Source of the DNA: a virus
Lineage: Duplodnaviria; Caudoviricetes
IMG/VR virus record: IMGVR_UViG_3300033493_000005
Location: 1-40,117 of that record
DNA length: 40,117 nt
Reading direction: 5' to 3' (one strand)
Position numbers and translations under genes: made by a program
Shown here: in pieces, positions 36,810 to 40,117 of the stretch
Position numbering within the stretch: position 1 is the stretch's first letter
Layout of the letters: each line of letters starts with the position of its first letter
Notes under the pieces: model-generated
Told to the model about the DNA's origin: nothing
Seen by the model: the letters and a program-made list of their open reading frames with translations, nothing else
The model's database searches: none

Positions 36810-38075
36810 ATGGCGGAACTCAATCTAACTACCGTTGCGGGCATCTACAATCGGCTGTACCCGGACGGAATCGAATCACTCATCCTTGGCACCAGTCCAA
36901 CCCTTGGCCTGGTAGGCAAGGACATCAAAGTTTTTGACGGCCTAGGCGGCTCTGGTAAAGAGCTGCTGTGGGAAGTCAACGCCGGCACGGGCGCAAGCGG
37001 CTCTTACGCCGTTGCGTACGCGCAGCCTGGCAATGAGACGTTCGCGAAGCCCTTCGTGACTCGTGGACGCCTGTTTGCTACGCGTCAGCTCAGCCACGAA
37101 GCGTGGCGTGCTGCCAAGGGCAACGGTCGTGCGTTGACCGATTTGGTCAAGCAGGCAGTCAAGGGCGCTACTTACGAGCTCAAACATCGTGCGTCGAGCG
37201 TGTTGACTGGTGGGCTCGGTGGCTCTATCGGTCGTATCAGCGCAACGTCGAATGTTGGCACGGCCACTATCACGCTGAGCGATCCGAGCGAATGCGTCAA
37301 ATTCAAGCCGAATCAGCGACTGCAAGCATTTACCACGGTAGCTGGCGGCCCACTCAACGCCGGGGCTGTCGTTACGTTGACTGCCGCTGGCGTCAACTAT
37401 GACACTGGTCAATTGACGGCTACCGGAAACTGGTCAGCTGCCATCGGAGCGATTGCCGCATCTGACTATCTCATTCCTGAAGGTGACTTCGGAACCGTGC
37501 CAGTCGGCATGGATGCTTGGAATCCAACGACCCTGATTGCAGCGGGTGCCGGCGACAACTTCTTCGGGGTTGACCGTGGCGGATCGGTTCCGATGCAAGG
37601 GACGCGCATGGTCGTCACCGCCGGGACAATCGATGAAGCAATCGTGCAAGCGGCTGCTCGTCATTACTCAATTGGTGGTGTACACGACACCGCGCTTTGC
37701 AATCCTCTCGATTTCGCGACGATGAAGCAGGACCAGTTCTCGGTCATCGTCAAGAACGCGATTGGATCGAACAAGAAGGAGATTGCATCGGTGTCCTACA
37801 AGGGCCTTGAAATCCAAGGGCCTCAAGGACCAATCGCCGCGTTCGCCGATCCGTTCATCAAGCGCGGTCGCGTTCGGTTGACTCGCATTTCTTCGTGGAC
37901 CCTCTGGTCCCTCGGAGAGATGTTTGGTCGGATGACGGAGGGCATGGGAAGCGACGGCGTGCTTCGTCTCGCCGGGCAGGATGCGTCCTACATGGTGTTT
38001 GGCGGGTACGGAAACTTCGTTTGTGAACGTCCGCTAGACTCGATGATTATCACCCTGCCGAACGCGCCGGCATAA
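36810..38075 (+). CDS. Major capsid protein
   Basis: 421 aa; strong AAGGAG RBS; synteny; downstream hairpin. Confidence 0.75.
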   Translation: MAELNLTTVAGIYNRLYPDGIESLILGTSPTLGLVGKDIKVFDGLGGSGKELLWEVNAGTGASGSYAVAYAQPGNETFAKPFVTRGRLFATRQLSHEAWRAAKGNGRALTDLVKQAVKGATYELKHRASSVLTGGLGGSIGRISATSNVGTATITLSDPSECVKFKPNQRLQAFTTVAGGPLNAGAVVTLTAAGVNYDTGQLTATGNWSAAIGAIAASDYLIPEGDFGTVPVGMDAWNPTTLIAAGAGDNFFGVDRGGSVPMQGTRMVVTAGTIDEAIVQAAARHYSIGGVHDTALCNPLDFATMKQDQFSVIVKNAIGSNKKEIASVSYKGLEIQGPQGPIAAFADPFIKRGRVRLTRISSWTLWSLGEMFGRMTEGMGSDGVLRLAGQDASYMVFGGYGNFVCERPLDSMIITLPNAPA

Positions 38076-38086
38076 GTGGAATGGTA

Positions 38087-38112
38087 GGGGCTCTGTCTTT
38101 GGACGGGGCCCC
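38087..38112 (+). terminator. Hairpin after MCP
   Basis: GGGGCTCTGTC-TTTG-GACGGGGCCCC; no U-tract. Confidence 0.5.
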
Positions 38113-38149
38113 AGTCAACCGCACCTCAACAGCAAAGGAATTCAGAAGA

Positions 38150-38503
38150 ATGCAACATCCACTTATGGCGGCCGCTCGAAAGCGAACGTTCGTTTGCGGC
38201 TCGTGGGAATCAGACGGCGCCTCGGCCGTGGTAAATATTCGCGGGGACGGAACTACACTCCGAACTGGCGTCGGCGTCGTAACCGTTACCTTCGAAAAGG
38301 ACATGGGAACGCTCATTAGTGCGCATGCCAGTATGGACGCGAATACCGGGGATCAAATCGTTCGTGATCCGGTGGCAACTGTCGTTGCCGGCGTTACTGT
38401 TCTGACAATCACAACGATTGATATCAGCGGTGCCGCTGCCGCAGATACCAACGGACCGCGCGTGAACTGGTCTGCAGTATTCAGCGGACAGTTCACCGAG
38501 TAA
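38150..38503 (+). CDS. Putative capsid decoration/virion protein
   Basis: AAAGGA RBS; beta-rich, Thr/Val-rich; follows MCP. Confidence 0.5.
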   Translation: MQHPLMAAARKRTFVCGSWESDGASAVVNIRGDGTTLRTGVGVVTVTFEKDMGTLISAHASMDANTGDQIVRDPVATVVAGVTVLTITTIDISGAAAADTNGPRVNWSAVFSGQFTE

Positions 38504-38507
38504 TCAG

Positions 38508-38720
38508 ATGGACTCCAACCTGTACATTGACGAGCTTGAAAGCGCATTGGGGCTCAAGATCAAAGATCGCAAAGCCTTTATGATTGCTTTTAGCGGACTC
38601 GTTTCATCGTGCGGAGAGAATGAAAATGGCGAAGACGAAAACGAAGACCAAGGGCAAGGGAAAGGGGTGCCGAGCGTAGCTGTTATGCTCGGTAAACCCG
38701 GACTCAAGAAAGCGAAGTAA
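38508..38720 (+). CDS. Hypothetical protein
   Basis: 70 aa within the head operon. Confidence 0.5.
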   Translation: MDSNLYIDELESALGLKIKDRKAFMIAFSGLVSSCGENENGEDENEDQGQGKGVPSVAVMLGKPGLKKAK

Positions 38721-38725
38721 CCCCC

Positions 38726-39694
38726 ATGAATCGTGCAGATTTGCGGCTGAGAATCCGTCAACAAGCGGACATGGTGGACTCAACGTTCATCGATGACACC
38801 ACGGAACTAAACCCGTGGATTGAATCTGCAACTGCAGATCTGTACGATTTTTTGGTGTCTCGATTTGGCGCTGCAAGATTCGCAAAAAACGCATGGATAA
38901 ACGTTCGACACGACTGGGCAGAAGGAGCTGGCTACACGACAGATCCGTCCGTAGCGTGGCCGAATAATGTTCAGTCATGCACTGCGGTCGCCGGAACCAA
39001 CGAAGACGTGGTTCCTTTGGTGTCTGTTACTCCGTCGCCCGGACACGGGATAGCTAGCGGATACCTGCTGCCTGCTGACTTCCGACGCTTAGTGCGAATC
39101 CACTTTACCCCTGGATATGTAGCCCAGGTTCAGACGACCAGAAACGTTCCACTTCCGGTTGTGACGTACAATAATCCAGTTTGGAGACTGGTCACCACGG
39201 GCGATGGTTCTTACTACCCGATGCGACCGCTGGATCTCGAAGGCGGAGTTATCGACACGAAGCAGCGGTCATGGACGGAGTTCGTTCCGGAGTATCGGCT
39301 TGTGCATGGCCCACACAACTTCGGATTTGGCGCGCCGACACAAGCATGGTTGCTCTGGACCAATGCGACCATCATCCAGTTCTTGCCACCGCCAGCAGCA
39401 CGCTACGCTGTCCAGCTGTTCTACGTTCCAAAGGTTCGGGTTCTCCCGGATGACATTGAAGAGTTTGGGTACGACTTCCCAGAATGGATCATTTTCGAAT
39501 GCGCTGCGCAGTGCCTGGAGAAGCAAGAAAGCGACGCGCGTCCCCTTAGGGCAAAACTCGAGTCGGTAAAGAACCGAATCCAAAACGACGCACGCACTAT
39601 TGACGTCGCGAACCCAAAGACCGTTTCAATGTCGAGCGGATATCACGCCCAGGTAGGGCAGAACCGAAGGCGCGGTGCTCCTTGGCCGCGGTAG
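38726..39694 (+). CDS. Head-tail adaptor (tail tubular protein A-like)
   Basis: LR.RIRQ.ADM....F....EL..WI......LYD, YLLPADF, C-terminal helices. Confidence 0.65.
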   Translation: MNRADLRLRIRQQADMVDSTFIDDTTELNPWIESATADLYDFLVSRFGAARFAKNAWINVRHDWAEGAGYTTDPSVAWPNNVQSCTAVAGTNEDVVPLVSVTPSPGHGIASGYLLPADFRRLVRIHFTPGYVAQVQTTRNVPLPVVTYNNPVWRLVTTGDGSYYPMRPLDLEGGVIDTKQRSWTEFVPEYRLVHGPHNFGFGAPTQAWLLWTNATIIQFLPPPAARYAVQLFYVPKVRVLPDDIEEFGYDFPEWIIFECAAQCLEKQESDARPLRAKLESVKNRIQNDARTIDVANPKTVSMSSGYHAQVGQNRRRGAPWPR

Positions 39695-39996
39695 CTCGGC
39701 GCCCGGTTCGCAGCGGGGCGCCACTGTCATCCAACGCGGGCACGGATGACATTGCTCGGCGCGTCAAGGATCTCGAGATCCGGAGAAATCCGTTCTCATT
39801 TGGAAAAGTGCTGGAGTTGTCTTCAACTGGTTCTGGAGCTCAAACAGTGAAGCACGGGCTCGGTAGAAGGATTGAAGGTTGGTTGGTGGTGGATTTGACA
39901 GCCCCGGTTACCGTCCATCGAATGACCGGCGATGATGACGTCATGGTGAGTTTTTTTCTGGGCGGAGCATGCTCAGCAAAGGTCCTGGTGTACTAA
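39682..39996 (+). CDS. Hypothetical tail protein
   Basis: TVKHGLGR...GW motif; coupled to the nozzle gene across the circular join. Confidence 0.55.
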   Translation: MAAVARRPVRSGAPLSSNAGTDDIARRVKDLEIRRNPFSFGKVLELSSTGSGAQTVKHGLGRRIEGWLVVDLTAPVTVHRMTGDDDVMVSFFLGGACSAKVLVY

Positions 39997-40117
39997 TGGC
40001 ACTTCAGCCGCAAAGGATGTCAATCCCGATTGTGGGCGGACAAGAGCAGTCGATTGCGTCTGAATTGGTTGATCCGCCACTGCTCACCGTTGCGCAGAAC
40101 GTCATCTACGAACGTCA
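39991..40117. repeat. Terminal direct repeat (copy of 1-127)
   Basis: Exact sequence identity to 1-127. Confidence 0.97.

Larger units (their letters stand above)
1..39990. mobile_element. Complete tailed bacteriophage genome, podovirus-like
   Basis: Terminase, portal, scaffold, capsid, adaptor, nozzle, ejection proteins, lysis and replication modules; no tape measure or sheath gene recognised; circular overlap. Confidence 0.92.

Noticed and set aside
30-39583. Numerous antisense or nested ORFs in the track
   Set aside because: Shadow frames of long genes in GC-rich DNA; no motifs or RBS
39991-40117. Biological direct terminal repeat
   Set aside because: The length of exactly 127 matches a common assembler k-mer and the break falls within coupled genes; it shows circularity, not physical ends

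Overview
The window is a complete, circularly assembled tailed-phage genome of 39,990 bp. Bases 1-127 recur exactly at 39991-40117, consistent with a k=127 assembly overlap. It has podovirus-like architecture. The late block runs portal, scaffold, major capsid, adaptor, nozzle, ejection proteins, tail/receptor enzymes and a lysis cassette (34015 through the join to 14129). A divergent early control region (about 15660-16250) carries sigma54-type promoters and small genes. A recombination/replication block contains a Cas4/RecB-like nuclease, Sak4-like ATPase, SSB, SF2 helicase, VRR-NUC and Prim-Pol/VapE primase-helicase, followed by an iteron-like origin. No integrase, tRNA or CRISPR was recognised. 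Main oddities: (1) a small ORF upstream of the packaging genes carries a protein-level-conserved copy of the major capsid N-terminus (18/27 identical), a possible capsid mimic or decoy; (2) the terminase large subunit is antisense to all its neighbours and looks inverted exactly at its start and stop codons; (3) back-to-back sigma54 promoters flank three helically phased palindromes; (4) a repeated hairpin+RBS cassette precedes small early genes; (5) an ejection-type protein has a doubled S74 autocleavage motif, and the lysis block contains a papain-like lipoprotein. All product calls come from motif recognition by eye and synteny, not from database searches.
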